From the IMG/VR virus record IMGVR_UViG_3300036846_000738, positions 1 through 64,000 of that record: 64,000 nucleotides of DNA; one strand, written 5' to 3'. This document shows positions 8,895 to 18,410 of the stretch, piece after piece. Each line of letters starts with the position of its first letter. Position 1 is the stretch's first letter. The notes below the pieces were generated by a model that saw nothing but the letters and a program-made list of their open reading frames with translations, did no database searches and had not been told where the DNA came from. Source of the stretch: a virus. Both the position numbers and the translations under genes were made by a program.

Positions 8895-9118
8895 CAAGCC
8901 TTGCGATATGGACCGTCTACGACCACCCGCGCGATTATCCCGACAAAATTGTCGCGCGACGCTGGGATGTCGATTACGACGGTGCGAAGCCAACGTCCAG
9001 CATCATCGTCGGACCCGATCTGCAAACGCTGCGCGACATTCTCGAATTCGAGATGCACCTGACATGCCTTGCGCGCTTGCCGGAAGATGATCCGAAGATC
9101 GTGGAGACGTGGCTATGA
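8891..9118 (+). CDS. Hypothetical protein, paralog of 2320..2559
   Basis: GGAG RBS and GTGA overlap; WTVYDHPRDYPDK...EDDPKIVETWL. Confidence 0.75.
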   Translation: MTSLAIWTVYDHPRDYPDKIVARRWDVDYDGAKPTSSIIVGPDLQTLRDILEFEMHLTCLARLPEDDPKIVETWL

Positions 9119-9654
9119 AACGAGAATGCGGTGATTGCCAGCTCTGTTGCAAACTGGTGCCGGTGGTGCCGCTGCAAAAGCCCGCGGGTACGGCATGCCA
9201 GTTCCAGAAATTTCACAAGGGCTGCACCGTCTACAACAAGCCAGCAATGCCTCCGGAATGTTCGCTGTGGAATTGCCGCTGGCTGATCGACGATGACACC
9301 AGCGAACTGTCGCGCCCGGACCGCTCACACTACGTGATCGATGTCATGCCAGACTTCATCACCATCTCGAACGAGGACGGCTCGACACAGAACATTCAGG
9401 TGGCGCAGATTTGGGTCGATCCGAAACATCCCGATGCCCACCGCGATCCGGCGCTGCGACGCTGGATGGTTCGCCGCGCCGAAGAGGGCATCGCCTGCTT
9501 GATCCGGTTCAATTCGCGGAATGGGTTCGCGATCTTTGCGCCGCCGTTTGATGTCAACGGTCAATGGCACGAGATCGAGAGCGGCATGAAGCCGGGGCCA
9601 ACGCATACGCTGACCGAAGTCGCGGCAGCGCTGGGCGGGAGCTTCATGCCGTGA
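9115..9654 (+). CDS. CxxCxxCC (YkgJ-like) metal-binding protein
   Basis: CGDCQLCCK...C...GCTVY...P..C..W.C.W. Confidence 0.7.
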   Translation: MKRECGDCQLCCKLVPVVPLQKPAGTACQFQKFHKGCTVYNKPAMPPECSLWNCRWLIDDDTSELSRPDRSHYVIDVMPDFITISNEDGSTQNIQVAQIWVDPKHPDAHRDPALRRWMVRRAEEGIACLIRFNSRNGFAIFAPPFDVNGQWHEIESGMKPGPTHTLTEVAAALGGSFMP

Positions 9655-10241
9655 CTGACCGCCCATGGGAAAACGAACCGGACAGCCTCACTTTTGAGGC
9701 CGAGGGCCTGCCCTGCGCGATGCGCCGCGGCGTTTATGGTGTGTGGTGCGGCTATGTCGGCGTCGGCCCGGAGCATCCGCTGTTCGGCCTGCCCTATAAC
9801 CATCCGCTGAAATTGCCGCCGGGGTGGTTTGCGGCTCGCAAGCCATTTCCGGGCAGCGGCTCGATCGACATTATGCTTCATGCATTGGGCGGCAAGCCAC
9901 TTGAAGAGAGCTGCCAGATCAGTCTCGCCCTTGAGGTCCATGGCGGCGTCAGTTTCGCAGGCGTGCCGGAGGGCGCATCGGACGCACACTGGTGGTTCGG
10001 CTTCGATTGCGCCCATGCGGGTGACTATCTGCCCCGCGAAAACCGTGTCCAAACATTTATAAGCGAGATGATCGAGTCGATGCCGAAAGAAGCGCGCGAG
10101 ACCATGCGCAGAATCATGAACAAGCCGCGAGTTTATCGCGACCAGCAGTATGTCGTCAGCGAGTGCCAGTCGCTCGCTGCCCAACTGATCGCCATCGTCA
10201 AGGTGATCGAGCAACAGCAACACAACCAGAGGAGCCGTTGA
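9651..10241 (+). CDS. Phage hypothetical protein (WCGYV...HGG...FGFDCAH family)
   Basis: GTGA overlap; motifs WCGYVG, VHGGVSF, WWFGFDCAHAGD. Confidence 0.75.
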   Translation: MTDRPWENEPDSLTFEAEGLPCAMRRGVYGVWCGYVGVGPEHPLFGLPYNHPLKLPPGWFAARKPFPGSGSIDIMLHALGGKPLEESCQISLALEVHGGVSFAGVPEGASDAHWWFGFDCAHAGDYLPRENRVQTFISEMIESMPKEARETMRRIMNKPRVYRDQQYVVSECQSLAAQLIAIVKVIEQQQHNQRSR

Positions 10242-10633
10242 TGGCAAAAGCGAAACGAAAAATCGACCCGCGCACGAAAACCGACGTCGACGCCACGATA
10301 GGCGTGCGCGTGCGAACCCGCCGCGTGGAGCGCCAAATGTCACAAGACGTTCTCGGCAAGGCCCTCGGCATCTCGTTTCAGCAGGTGCAGAAATACGAGA
10401 AGGGCGCCAACCGCATCACCATGTCGCGGCTGCAGAAGATCGCCGAACTGCTGGATGTGCCGATCACCTATTTCTATGGCGACGGCAATCCGGTGCGCAA
10501 AACAGAGGTTGACACGCTACTGTCGGGGCATGACGCGGCCACGATGCGGCTGTTGCGCGCCTACGCCGACATCAAGAATCGGGACACAGCGCACGCAGTG
10601 GTGACGCTGACTGAACTGATCGCCGGTGAATGA
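10241..10633 (+). CDS. XRE-family HTH regulator
   Basis: IGVRVRTRR...MSQDVLGKALGISFQQVQKYEKGANRI. Confidence 0.9.
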   Translation: MAKAKRKIDPRTKTDVDATIGVRVRTRRVERQMSQDVLGKALGISFQQVQKYEKGANRITMSRLQKIAELLDVPITYFYGDGNPVRKTEVDTLLSGHDAATMRLLRAYADIKNRDTAHAVVTLTELIAGE

Positions 10634-10899
10634 TGGTCAAAATCGAAACATTGGTTCACGCCGAACCCAACGAGGCGCCGATCGAGGAGCTGTTTGCCTT
10701 TCTCTCGATCGACGAGACCGGCGAAGGCATCTGCGCCGCCATCCTCCCGGAGGTTGGCTCGACGCCATTGATCACGTCGAAGGCGCGCGTCGCGGAGTTG
10801 ATGAAGGACAAGGCGCAAGAGATCGCCTCGCTGGCGGGCAAGCCGGTGCGGCTGGTCCGGTTCACGCGCGCCGATGTGGTGTGGAAAAGTCGAGCTTAA
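10630..10899 (+). CDS. Hypothetical protein
   Basis: ATGA overlap. Confidence 0.6.
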   Translation: MMVKIETLVHAEPNEAPIEELFAFLSIDETGEGICAAILPEVGSTPLITSKARVAELMKDKAQEIASLAGKPVRLVRFTRADVVWKSRA

Positions 10900-11119
10900 C
10901 TGACGCAAGCTCCATTTTTGGTTGCGCACCATAATCATCGCGTCAGAGCAACTTTCAAAATTATTTTCGTCAATGATTTCGGTCGCGATCGGCGCGTAAG
11001 TCATTGACGCGCGCAACTCGCTCAGCAGTTGTATGTGTTTTATGCTAATATGTCCGTGCGAGTGGGGAAAAGCTCCACGCGCGGGTTGTTTGAAAATGTA
11101 AATCAGAAAGGACACGACA

Positions 11120-11614
11120 ATGGCTAAGAAGCCAACGCTCGACCATGTGACGCTTGCAATTGCACGATGGCAGACACGACTGCGACGTGCGGTTCGCATG
11201 ATCGAGAAACTTGAGAAGCAGCGAAAGCGAATCGAGAAGGCCGCCGCCGCCAATTTCACGGCAATGGTACAGTCCCGGCGCAGTCCGCCGCGACCTGCTG
11301 CCATTCGAGAGGCGGCGCACGACCAGCGGATCGGCAAGCTCATCACCGAGACGATCGCAGATCAGGGTCTGAGCCCCAAGCCCGAGCGCAAGCCAGAGCC
11401 CGCGCCGGTCGCCGCGATCGACACCTCGATCCCGGACTTCCTGCAACGCAAGAAGCTCGATCCGGTCGCGGAGCAAATCCTGCAGGAGCAGCAGGACCTC
11501 AAGCGCCGGAAGTCGGCCGGTCGCATCGCCAAGATGAAGGCGAAGGCGAAGGGCGATCTGAAAAAGATGCCGCTGACTGGCAAGGCCGCGCTCGACGCGA
11601 TCCGCGGCACATAA
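11120..11614 (+). CDS. Basic hypothetical protein
   Basis: AAGGA RBS; followed by hairpins. Confidence 0.7.
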   Translation: MAKKPTLDHVTLAIARWQTRLRRAVRMIEKLEKQRKRIEKAAAANFTAMVQSRRSPPRPAAIREAAHDQRIGKLITETIADQGLSPKPERKPEPAPVAAIDTSIPDFLQRKKLDPVAEQILQEQQDLKRRKSAGRIAKMKAKAKGDLKKMPLTGKAALDAIRGT

Positions 11615-11710
11615 AAAAACCCCGGAGTGATCCGGGGTCAGAAGCGAAGTAGGATTTGAACTGACTAGCAGAAAGAGGCCGCTCTGGGCAACCGGGGCGG
11701 CCTTTTTATG
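11613..11710. terminator. Two hairpins, probable intrinsic terminators near the convergence of the early and late operons
   Basis: A7-CCCCGGA...TCCGGGG (11613-11638); AGGCCGCTC...GGGCGGCC-TTTTT (11676-11708). Confidence 0.7.
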
Positions 11711-12092
11711 TCTTGGGAACCCGGCGGCGGCTTCGGGTGCCTGATCCAGCGATCCAAGGCCGCCGCGATCTTCCGGCGTCGCTCCTCGCACCCCCGACAA
11801 CGGAGATTGATCTTTCTGGCCAGCGACTTACCTATGCGAGTCATGAAACTGGTCTGCGCCTCCTGTCACCGCCACTGGACCCCGAAAAGGCGCCAGAAGC
11901 GGACCGATTCCTGCCCGGCCTGTCGGCACCTGCACCTGAGTGAGGCGCAGCGCCGGGTCTGGCACCGCAGGCGATTGCTGGCCCCTACAGGGCCGGTCCC
12001 GGAGCCCGGACCCTACCTAGCGGCCGATCTCGATCGGCTCATGGCGGAGGCCGACAGGGCGGCTGCCAAGGCCTTGGAGGCCGCCCTTTCGA

Positions 12093-12299
12093 TCACCCGG
12101 CGTCGCCTCTAAGGCGCGCTTCGGCCGCGGCGAGCTGCCGCTTCAGCTCGGCGACTTGCTGCAGCAACGCTGCCACCACGGCGGCGCTCCAAGCTGTGGA
12201 CGCGCAGGTCGTGCAAAATGGCACCGTCGATTCCGGACTGACGAATCTGCCACAGATGATGCAGTCACGCACAAGGTTGACCCCCCATTTTTCACTCAT
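12093..12299 (-). CDS. Small CxxC/CxxC protein
   Basis: CIIC and CTTC motifs. Confidence 0.45.
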   Translation of the reverse strand: MSEKWGVNLVRDCIICGRFVSPESTVPFCTTCASTAWSAAVVAALLQQVAELKRQLAAAEARLRGDAG

Positions 12300-12455
12300 C
12301 CCCAGATCATGTTGGCCGCCAACGCCAAGAGAACCACGATCGTGACAGCTCCGGCGACCAAGATCATGTCGTGAGTCGAGAGCATCAGCATCCCCTGCAG
12401 ATTGATGGCGGCCCCGGCGGCACAGGCGGCAACGGGTCGACTCTGGAGGGCCGAT

Positions 12456-12668
12456 CTACTTTCCCAAGCGAGGGACACCAAGGTCGCCGCCGACAAACTG
12501 CAGCAGCAGCAGGATCACGATCAGCACGCCGATCGCTATGATGGCGAAGCGCGCGACCCTTGCGAAGGGTTCAGGCAACGGAACCATGTCGACCAGATAG
12601 GTCAGCAACCAGACGATCAGACCGATGACGATCAGATATATGACCAGATAAACCAGTGAAGCGATCAT
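12456..12668 (-). CDS. Two-TM membrane protein, holin candidate
   Basis: MIASLVYLVIYLIVIGLIVWLL...PLPEPF...IAIGVLIVILLLL; AGGAG RBS; directly after the endolysin. Confidence 0.65.
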   Translation of the reverse strand: MIASLVYLVIYLIVIGLIVWLLTYLVDMVPLPEPFARVARFAIIAIGVLIVILLLLQFVGGDLGVPRLGK

Positions 12669-12690
12669 GACTGGACTCCTTTTCGATTTT

Positions 12691-14037
12691 TCAAACCTGC
12701 GGAGCCATCTGCTCCTGTATCGCGTAGAACATCCGATTGGCCGAGGGCAGCAGCTCAACCTCCTTGCGGTTGATTGGCCCCCAATGCTGGCGACGATTGC
12801 GCAGACCGATTGCCGTGATGTCGATATGCGCGGGCGGGCACTGCTTGCTCAAATCCTGATAGTCGAGACCTTGGCCGCTGCCATAACTATCCCAGTCCGA
12901 ACTGTCGCAGGACACGCCCTCGCTGAACGTCGACAGGTAGCATTGCGTGTACCCGCCTTTGACATCGAGTGACGGTGCCCACATCTCAAAGAGCTTTTCG
13001 ATTTCGTCTGAGCACGATGAGATGTTCCACGAGGTCTGGAATAGTCCGGCCTCGCAGGTGTCGCTCGATACATTCTCGGCGCTCATGTCGCGACCGACAC
13101 AATGCTGACCGCTGCTCTCGCGCATGCCAAGCCCGAGCATCAGCACCATAAGATGGCGCAAGGTATCGATGCCGCCCTCCTCGTCGTTCGACATGCCGAG
13201 CGCGGAAAACTCGTCGGCGTACCATGACAGTGCGTCCAGATCAGGATCGTGGCTGTCGGGCTTGGCCATTTCCCTGACGGCGGAATCCCGCAGATAAAAG
13301 CGCTGCACCAACTGCGCCCACGCCAGCGCCATGCCCATGATGTAGCCGGGCGGTGCCTGACCGCGGTCTCGCCAGTCGTAGTCGGCAATGGCGGAGTCGA
13401 CCGCGATCTCGCAAATCGCGTCGTAGGTTTGCGTATCAAACGGCGGCGGCATGACCGGAGAAGCGCCCGGAGCGACCGGCGATTCCGGTTGTTCCGGTTC
13501 GCCGATTTCCACGCCGCCGATCGTCGCCGCAATGGCGCGGCAAATGTCGTCAAAATTTTCCAGATAGCTTGCGCAATCGACCGTGCTGTCGACGAAACAC
13601 ACCTCGATCAAAATCGCTGGTTCGGTCGTATTGTTCAGAAAGAACAGATCGGTGCGCTGCTTGGGTCCGCGATCCACTAGGCCGCCCGCAAAGGCGATCG
13701 CCTCGCTGACATCGCGCGCGAGATCGTGCTGGCTGACATAAAGACATTCGGTCCCCATCGGCTTGTCGCACACTTCAAAAGCATTGAAGTGAACGCTGCA
13801 ATCAAGCTCGCGCTTCTTGCTATTATGGAAATCGACAATGGTGTTCAGATTGGTCGTCTGGTCCCGGCTGGTGTCGTCGTGAAACGTGGTCACGTCGACG
13901 CCAGCCAGCCGCAAAAATTCCGCCACGCGCTCGACCACGCGCCGCGCCTCGTCGACTTCGTCGAGCCCCCACACTTCCGGTCCGGCGGCGCCGCGTACAT
14001 AGAGCCCATGGCCTGATGAGATGACAACCGAAGGCAT
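12691..14037 (-). CDS. Endolysin: Amidase_3 domain plus C-terminal lysozyme-like domain
   Basis: SSGHG...E...SVHFNA...AILIEVCFVDS zinc amidase motifs; C-terminal MRESSG...EAGLFQ. Confidence 0.85.
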   Translation of the reverse strand: MPSVVISSGHGLYVRGAAGPEVWGLDEVDEARRVVERVAEFLRLAGVDVTTFHDDTSRDQTTNLNTIVDFHNSKKRELDCSVHFNAFEVCDKPMGTECLYVSQHDLARDVSEAIAFAGGLVDRGPKQRTDLFFLNNTTEPAILIEVCFVDSTVDCASYLENFDDICRAIAATIGGVEIGEPEQPESPVAPGASPVMPPPFDTQTYDAICEIAVDSAIADYDWRDRGQAPPGYIMGMALAWAQLVQRFYLRDSAVREMAKPDSHDPDLDALSWYADEFSALGMSNDEEGGIDTLRHLMVLMLGLGMRESSGQHCVGRDMSAENVSSDTCEAGLFQTSWNISSCSDEIEKLFEMWAPSLDVKGGYTQCYLSTFSEGVSCDSSDWDSYGSGQGLDYQDLSKQCPPAHIDITAIGLRNRRQHWGPINRKEVELLPSANRMFYAIQEQMAPQV

Positions 14038-14045
14038 ATTCATCC

Positions 14046-14369
14046 TCACTGTTGCTGCTGTTGCTTGCTTTTGATTTCATTGGCGTCGATCTCAGCCATC
14101 ACTCCGATATAGGCGCGCTGCGCTTGACGAAGCCCCACTCGGGCGCGCTCCGGCTGATTACTCTGGTCCTTCATCCATATCGCGATCAGATGCTTGACCT
14201 GATCAACATAGGCGTCATCGAGCGCCCGTCGATCCAGCACAAACATCTGTTCATCGTATTTCGATTTTTGGCGCGGCTCGGCCGCCGGGAAAGCAGGCAT
14301 CAATAATTGAAGCGTCAACCATATCTCCACAACGACAACAATTGCGGCGATGACGATTGCTTTCCACAT
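14046..14369 (-). CDS. Membrane-anchored hypothetical protein
   Basis: N-terminal hydrophobic helix. Confidence 0.6.
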   Translation of the reverse strand: MWKAIVIAAIVVVVEIWLTLQLLMPAFPAAEPRQKSKYDEQMFVLDRRALDDAYVDQVKHLIAIWMKDQSNQPERARVGLRQAQRAYIGVMAEIDANEIKSKQQQQQ

Positions 14370-14376
14370 CTCACCC

Positions 14377-14544
14377 TCACCCGGAGGGCGGCGGTAACGG
14401 TGGCGCCGGATCGGGCACACCGCCAGCCGCCAGCCATTCCAGATAGGCTTCGTAGTCGATGTTGTCGTTGTCCTTTGGTATGAAGGCGTGGTCGATGGTG
14501 CGTGTGATGCTACCCGGCCACGGTGCTAATTCATATTCAGCCAT
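14377..14544 (-). CDS. Small fibre-associated protein
   Basis: FIPKDNDNIDYEAYLEWLAAGGVPDP. Confidence 0.65.
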   Translation of the reverse strand: MAEYELAPWPGSITRTIDHAFIPKDNDNIDYEAYLEWLAAGGVPDPAPPLPPPSG

Positions 14545-14557
14545 GACTGACCTTTCA

Positions 14558-16129
14558 TCATATCCGTGCCGCTGCTTTCCATTGCGACAAACCATAATTG
14601 TTCACCGTTCCATCGCCGCTGACGAGATAGCTGGCACAATCACCCTCGCCGATTGTCAGGTTCGCGACGTTGCGATCCGCGACGAAAACGCCGTTGACCT
14701 GTTGTTCCCCCAGCTTGCCGCTGGCTCCGGTTTGGTATGAATACCAAGTCATGGTTGGCACCACGCGCTTGCGAACCTTGAATTTGATGGTGGGCGAGGA
14801 AAGCACAAAAATGCCACCAATAAGCGAGATGGAGGCGCCGCCAGCGTTTCCGGCAGTGCCCGGAATGACGCTGGCATCGTAAGACTTTTCAAAATATCGC
14901 TGGCTCAACTGCAACTCTTCTGGATACGGTCGCATGATGAATGGCAAGCGTTCGACACTCGGCGCAAAGCTGCCGGGAAAAATCCCGAATCCAGTGACTT
15001 GAAAATAATCGCTGGTCGAAGCGAGCCCGTTGGTCTGACCGGCAATTCCGAAATTACCCGGTCCGCCCGTCGTTGCTGTCCATGTATTCGGCGTGCCGCA
15101 GAAAGCCGAGTGCGCAGCAAAGCAAAGGATGACGCTGAGATTTGGCCCAATCCCCGGATACCAGCCGGTGCCGCCAGTATCGCCGGGGAAGGTCAGCGCT
15201 TTGAACTCGTAAGTGTTGGCAGCGTTGATCGTGAAGCTCTGCCGGTACTGTCTATTCCAGTCGCCATCATTGAGTGTGCAAGTATAATTGCCCGGCCTGA
15301 ATCCCTTGATCGAAAATATCACGGTGACCGATGAGGCGGACGCGGTGCCGAACGCTAACGGCTGAACGCGATAGCCCTCCATGCCCATATAAAAATAAAA
15401 GCCGTCGCCAGTACCCAAGGTTGGCTTCGGAGTAGTCACTTGCATTTTGAACGCGCGGATGAACCCCGGCGGCGCGTCGCTGACTTGTTGCTGGGTCCCG
15501 GCCATGCCTGAACCGGCAAACCCTCCCCACATATTGCCGTCGAGCCCAAAAACCCCACCGGCGATGCTATGAGAGGTGCCGCACCATTCCTGATCCACCT
15601 CCATCGAACCGTTGACCTGCATCCCGGTGTAAGCCAGTGCGTCATAGGGCGCGGCGTGAATGTTGGAGCGCGCCTGCTGACGCTGCGTCGCGTTGTAGGG
15701 CTGGGAGATGTCGCTGCGGACGCTGTTGTTGGTGATGAAGTTGGTGGTCGCCACTTGCGTGTCATCGGTACTGGCGGCCGGTGTGGGCGCGTGCGTAGCG
15801 GCACCGAAGGCACCACCGCCCGCCACCTTGAGCGCGGCGGCGCTGGTCGGCCCGGTCGCTGGCGTGGTGGAGGTGATCGTGACGGTGTTGAAGGACACGT
15901 CGCCGCCAGCTCCGCCCGGTGGACCGGCTGGCCCCGGCGGCCCCGCTGGCCCCGGCGGTCCCGGCAAGCTCGCGCCCGGAGGCCCGACCGGACCGGGCGG
16001 ACCAACCTCGCCGGTTTGAATGGTCTCGACGCCTTGATCGTCAGGCTGGATCACAATGGCCGGATCGTCCGGCTCGATGATGATGATTACATCATTTGGT
16101 TCGGCGATGATCTCGACGTTGCTGGTCAT
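14558..16129 (-). CDS. Tail fibre/receptor-binding protein (short collagen plus carbohydrate-binding-like domain)
   Basis: GPP repeats; QVATT fibre repeat; NGSMEVDQ...EGYR...PGDT...QRYFEK domain is paralogous to 52100..53287. Confidence 0.75.
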   Translation of the reverse strand: MTSNVEIIAEPNDVIIIIEPDDPAIVIQPDDQGVETIQTGEVGPPGPVGPPGASLPGPPGPAGPPGPAGPPGGAGGDVSFNTVTITSTTPATGPTSAAALKVAGGGAFGAATHAPTPAASTDDTQVATTNFITNNSVRSDISQPYNATQRQQARSNIHAAPYDALAYTGMQVNGSMEVDQEWCGTSHSIAGGVFGLDGNMWGGFAGSGMAGTQQQVSDAPPGFIRAFKMQVTTPKPTLGTGDGFYFYMGMEGYRVQPLAFGTASASSVTVIFSIKGFRPGNYTCTLNDGDWNRQYRQSFTINAANTYEFKALTFPGDTGGTGWYPGIGPNLSVILCFAAHSAFCGTPNTWTATTGGPGNFGIAGQTNGLASTSDYFQVTGFGIFPGSFAPSVERLPFIMRPYPEELQLSQRYFEKSYDASVIPGTAGNAGGASISLIGGIFVLSSPTIKFKVRKRVVPTMTWYSYQTGASGKLGEQQVNGVFVADRNVANLTIGEGDCASYLVSGDGTVNNYGLSQWKAAARI

Positions 16130-16473
16130 CGAGTCGGCCCCGCATTGTTGGTGAAGGTGCCTGACCACAATCTGACCTTCATGCCATCGTCGCGGGTCAT
16201 GATGTTCGAATGAACGAAATCGCCGGTCGCAAGATGCTCAAGCGCGTTCTGCGTGATCAAAAGTGAGAATGTGCCCTGCAGCGCGTCAACCATCACGAAG
16301 TCGCCGGTATCACTGGCCAAGCGCAGCACCGCCGCCGCATCGTCGGCATTACGGCGCAGCATCATTTCCAGCGAAGAACCAATCAAGCTGACCGGGAAGC
16401 CATCCACCGTGACGTACTGAAACACCCGATAGAAATCCGCGTCGTTGCTGGTGGTGATATTGACAATGGCCAT
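16126..16473 (-). CDS. Fibre adaptor (BppU N-terminal-like)
   Basis: NDADFYRVFQY...PVSLIG; position between fibre genes. Confidence 0.55.
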   Translation of the reverse strand: MAIVNITTSNDADFYRVFQYVTVDGFPVSLIGSSLEMMLRRNADDAAAVLRLASDTGDFVMVDALQGTFSLLITQNALEHLATGDFVHSNIMTRDDGMKVRLWSGTFTNNAGPTR

Positions 16474-16482
16474 GATCGAACC

Positions 16483-17079
16483 CTATGCGTATGCGGCGTC
16501 GATCTGTTCGAGCGTGGTGATGGTCCCGTTGTCGATCTCGGTATTGGTGCTCGCCGAAATCGTGAAGCAGTTCTCGATATGAGTTTGTAGATCGTTGCTC
16601 ATGGCGAGGACATCGTTCGAGTTCAGTTGCACGATGCTGTCGTCGGCAAAATGCCAGAACGGATTGTAGGTCGTGGTCTTGTCGATGGCCATCAGCTTGG
16701 CGCCGTTGATCTTGGCCTGCGAGCGATCATCGGTCTTGATCGGCTGGCCTGCAGTCAGCGTCACGCCGCCCTGCTCCTTCGCCCAGCGCTTGTTTTCGGA
16801 ATAGGCTTTCAGTTGATCCGTGGTGTAGGTGGTCGGCGTCGGCTGGATGAAGGACGACGAGTTCAGCAACCATGCGGGCAGCGCCGAGCCGCGATTGCGA
16901 AGCACCTCGGCCAGCTCGCTTTCATTCAGAATTGTAGAAACCGATCCACCGGCATCCGTCCATTTTATGTAATCCGCATTGTCAACAGGCACCATCGTGT
17001 TGCTGGCGCTCTGATAGATGTCAGAGGTCGATCCGCCGATGATCCAATAGTGGTCTGCAATGTTGAGGTACAGCGTCAT
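16483..17079 (-). CDS. Tail fibre assembly-like protein (DUF4376-like)
   Basis: RWAKEQGGV...TDDRSQAKING...HIENCF. Confidence 0.7.
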   Translation of the reverse strand: MTLYLNIADHYWIIGGSTSDIYQSASNTMVPVDNADYIKWTDAGGSVSTILNESELAEVLRNRGSALPAWLLNSSSFIQPTPTTYTTDQLKAYSENKRWAKEQGGVTLTAGQPIKTDDRSQAKINGAKLMAIDKTTTYNPFWHFADDSIVQLNSNDVLAMSNDLQTHIENCFTISASTNTEIDNGTITTLEQIDAAYA

Positions 17080-18380
17080 CCGTATTGTCCTCCGTTATTA
17101 GTTGTGCCAGCAAGGGTGCCCGGCAGATACGATGCCCCGCCGCCAAAAGTCTCAACGATCCCGTTGATGTTGGCGTTGTACTTACGACCGCTGACATTGG
17201 CAGCGCCGGTGATGCTGCTGTATTTCAAGGTCACCACGCCACCATCTGAAGCGTTGGCCCAGTTTTGCACGTTAATCGGAGCTGTAATGTTCACAGTCGG
17301 CAACGTCGGAATTGGTTCGCTGAAAACAGCACCGTTGCCAGACGCAAAACAGTGGTCGCCGCCCAAGGGCGATCCGCTGACGGTGATTGGTCCCCAGAAT
17401 TGAATTTGGCCATTGTTGCCAGCGACCATGTGGCCAGCCGCGACGTTGCCGAAATTCATAGCGTCAACATCAAACTCGCCACCGTTGAAGCCCGAATAAA
17501 TCGCGTGCCCCGGATCACCACCCTGCGGACCATCGACCAGAAGTCTGAAGCCGTTGGCACGATAATGGCCACCGTTCGCGTGCATGAAGGCCGTGCCAGC
17601 GGTGGAATGAATGATGCAGTTGGCTGGCGTTGTGGGGTTGCCGGTAATGAAGATGGTGCCAGAACCGTTGGGTGTGCGTAAATTGAGTGACGTGCTGAAA
17701 TACGTTCCATCCGCAACGTGGATGGTAAAATACCAGCCGCCAAGATTGAATTTGGGTACTTGGTCGAGCGCCTTCTGAATCGTCTTGAAGGGGCCGCCCA
17801 TCACGCCGGTAATGGTCGGTGTCGTACCATCATAAAGCGTATCGCTGCCGATGGCGTCATTGACGTATAGGTCACGCGGCTGCGTCAAACTCACGATCGT
17901 GCCGGGCGGCCCGCCGGAGATGAGTTGGAAGCGGGTGCCGTCATAGGCAACCTCGATCATTTCCCCGGCCAGCAATTCCCACGGATTTAATGGCGTGAGG
18001 TCGAGATGCACCAGCGGCTTCGCGCCAAGCCCGCTGACGTTGAGCGTCACTTGCGAGGTGTTGGGATAAGTCATCTTGATAATGAAGCGCTGGCCCAGCG
18101 CATAAGCCGCAATCGGCTGTGTCGGGGTTATCGCAATCGCGTTGATGGCGCCGACATCGAGGCCGTAGTTGACGATGCCGCTCTGCACCGCGCGCGTGAG
18201 CTGAAAGAGGTCGGCATTTGTTGGCGTGAAATTGTTTCGCGTGATGAAATTGACGATCTCACGCTGCGGATACTCAATCGATGCGGCAGGCGGAATCGAT
18301 CCCATCGTGCCAGTCGATGGATTGCCGTTGATATACGGAGCATTTGGGTCAGATACGCCGTAAGGTTGGTTGTAGAGCAT
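17076..18380 (-). CDS. Tail fibre protein
   Basis: Follows the gp48-like gene; YINGNPSTG..GSIPPAASIE N-terminus; PFKTIQKA. Confidence 0.75.
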   Translation of the reverse strand: MLYNQPYGVSDPNAPYINGNPSTGTMGSIPPAASIEYPQREIVNFITRNNFTPTNADLFQLTRAVQSGIVNYGLDVGAINAIAITPTQPIAAYALGQRFIIKMTYPNTSQVTLNVSGLGAKPLVHLDLTPLNPWELLAGEMIEVAYDGTRFQLISGGPPGTIVSLTQPRDLYVNDAIGSDTLYDGTTPTITGVMGGPFKTIQKALDQVPKFNLGGWYFTIHVADGTYFSTSLNLRTPNGSGTIFITGNPTTPANCIIHSTAGTAFMHANGGHYRANGFRLLVDGPQGGDPGHAIYSGFNGGEFDVDAMNFGNVAAGHMVAGNNGQIQFWGPITVSGSPLGGDHCFASGNGAVFSEPIPTLPTVNITAPINVQNWANASDGGVVTLKYSSITGAANVSGRKYNANINGIVETFGGGASYLPGTLAGTTNNGGQYG

Positions 18381-18410
18381 GGAACAGCCCTCTTCAGGTT
18401 GTAAAGACTT

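Noticed and set aside
8585-9216. Diversity-generating retroelement TR/VR pair
   Set aside because: The differences are mainly deletions rather than adenine-specific substitutions, and there is no reverse transcriptase in the window.
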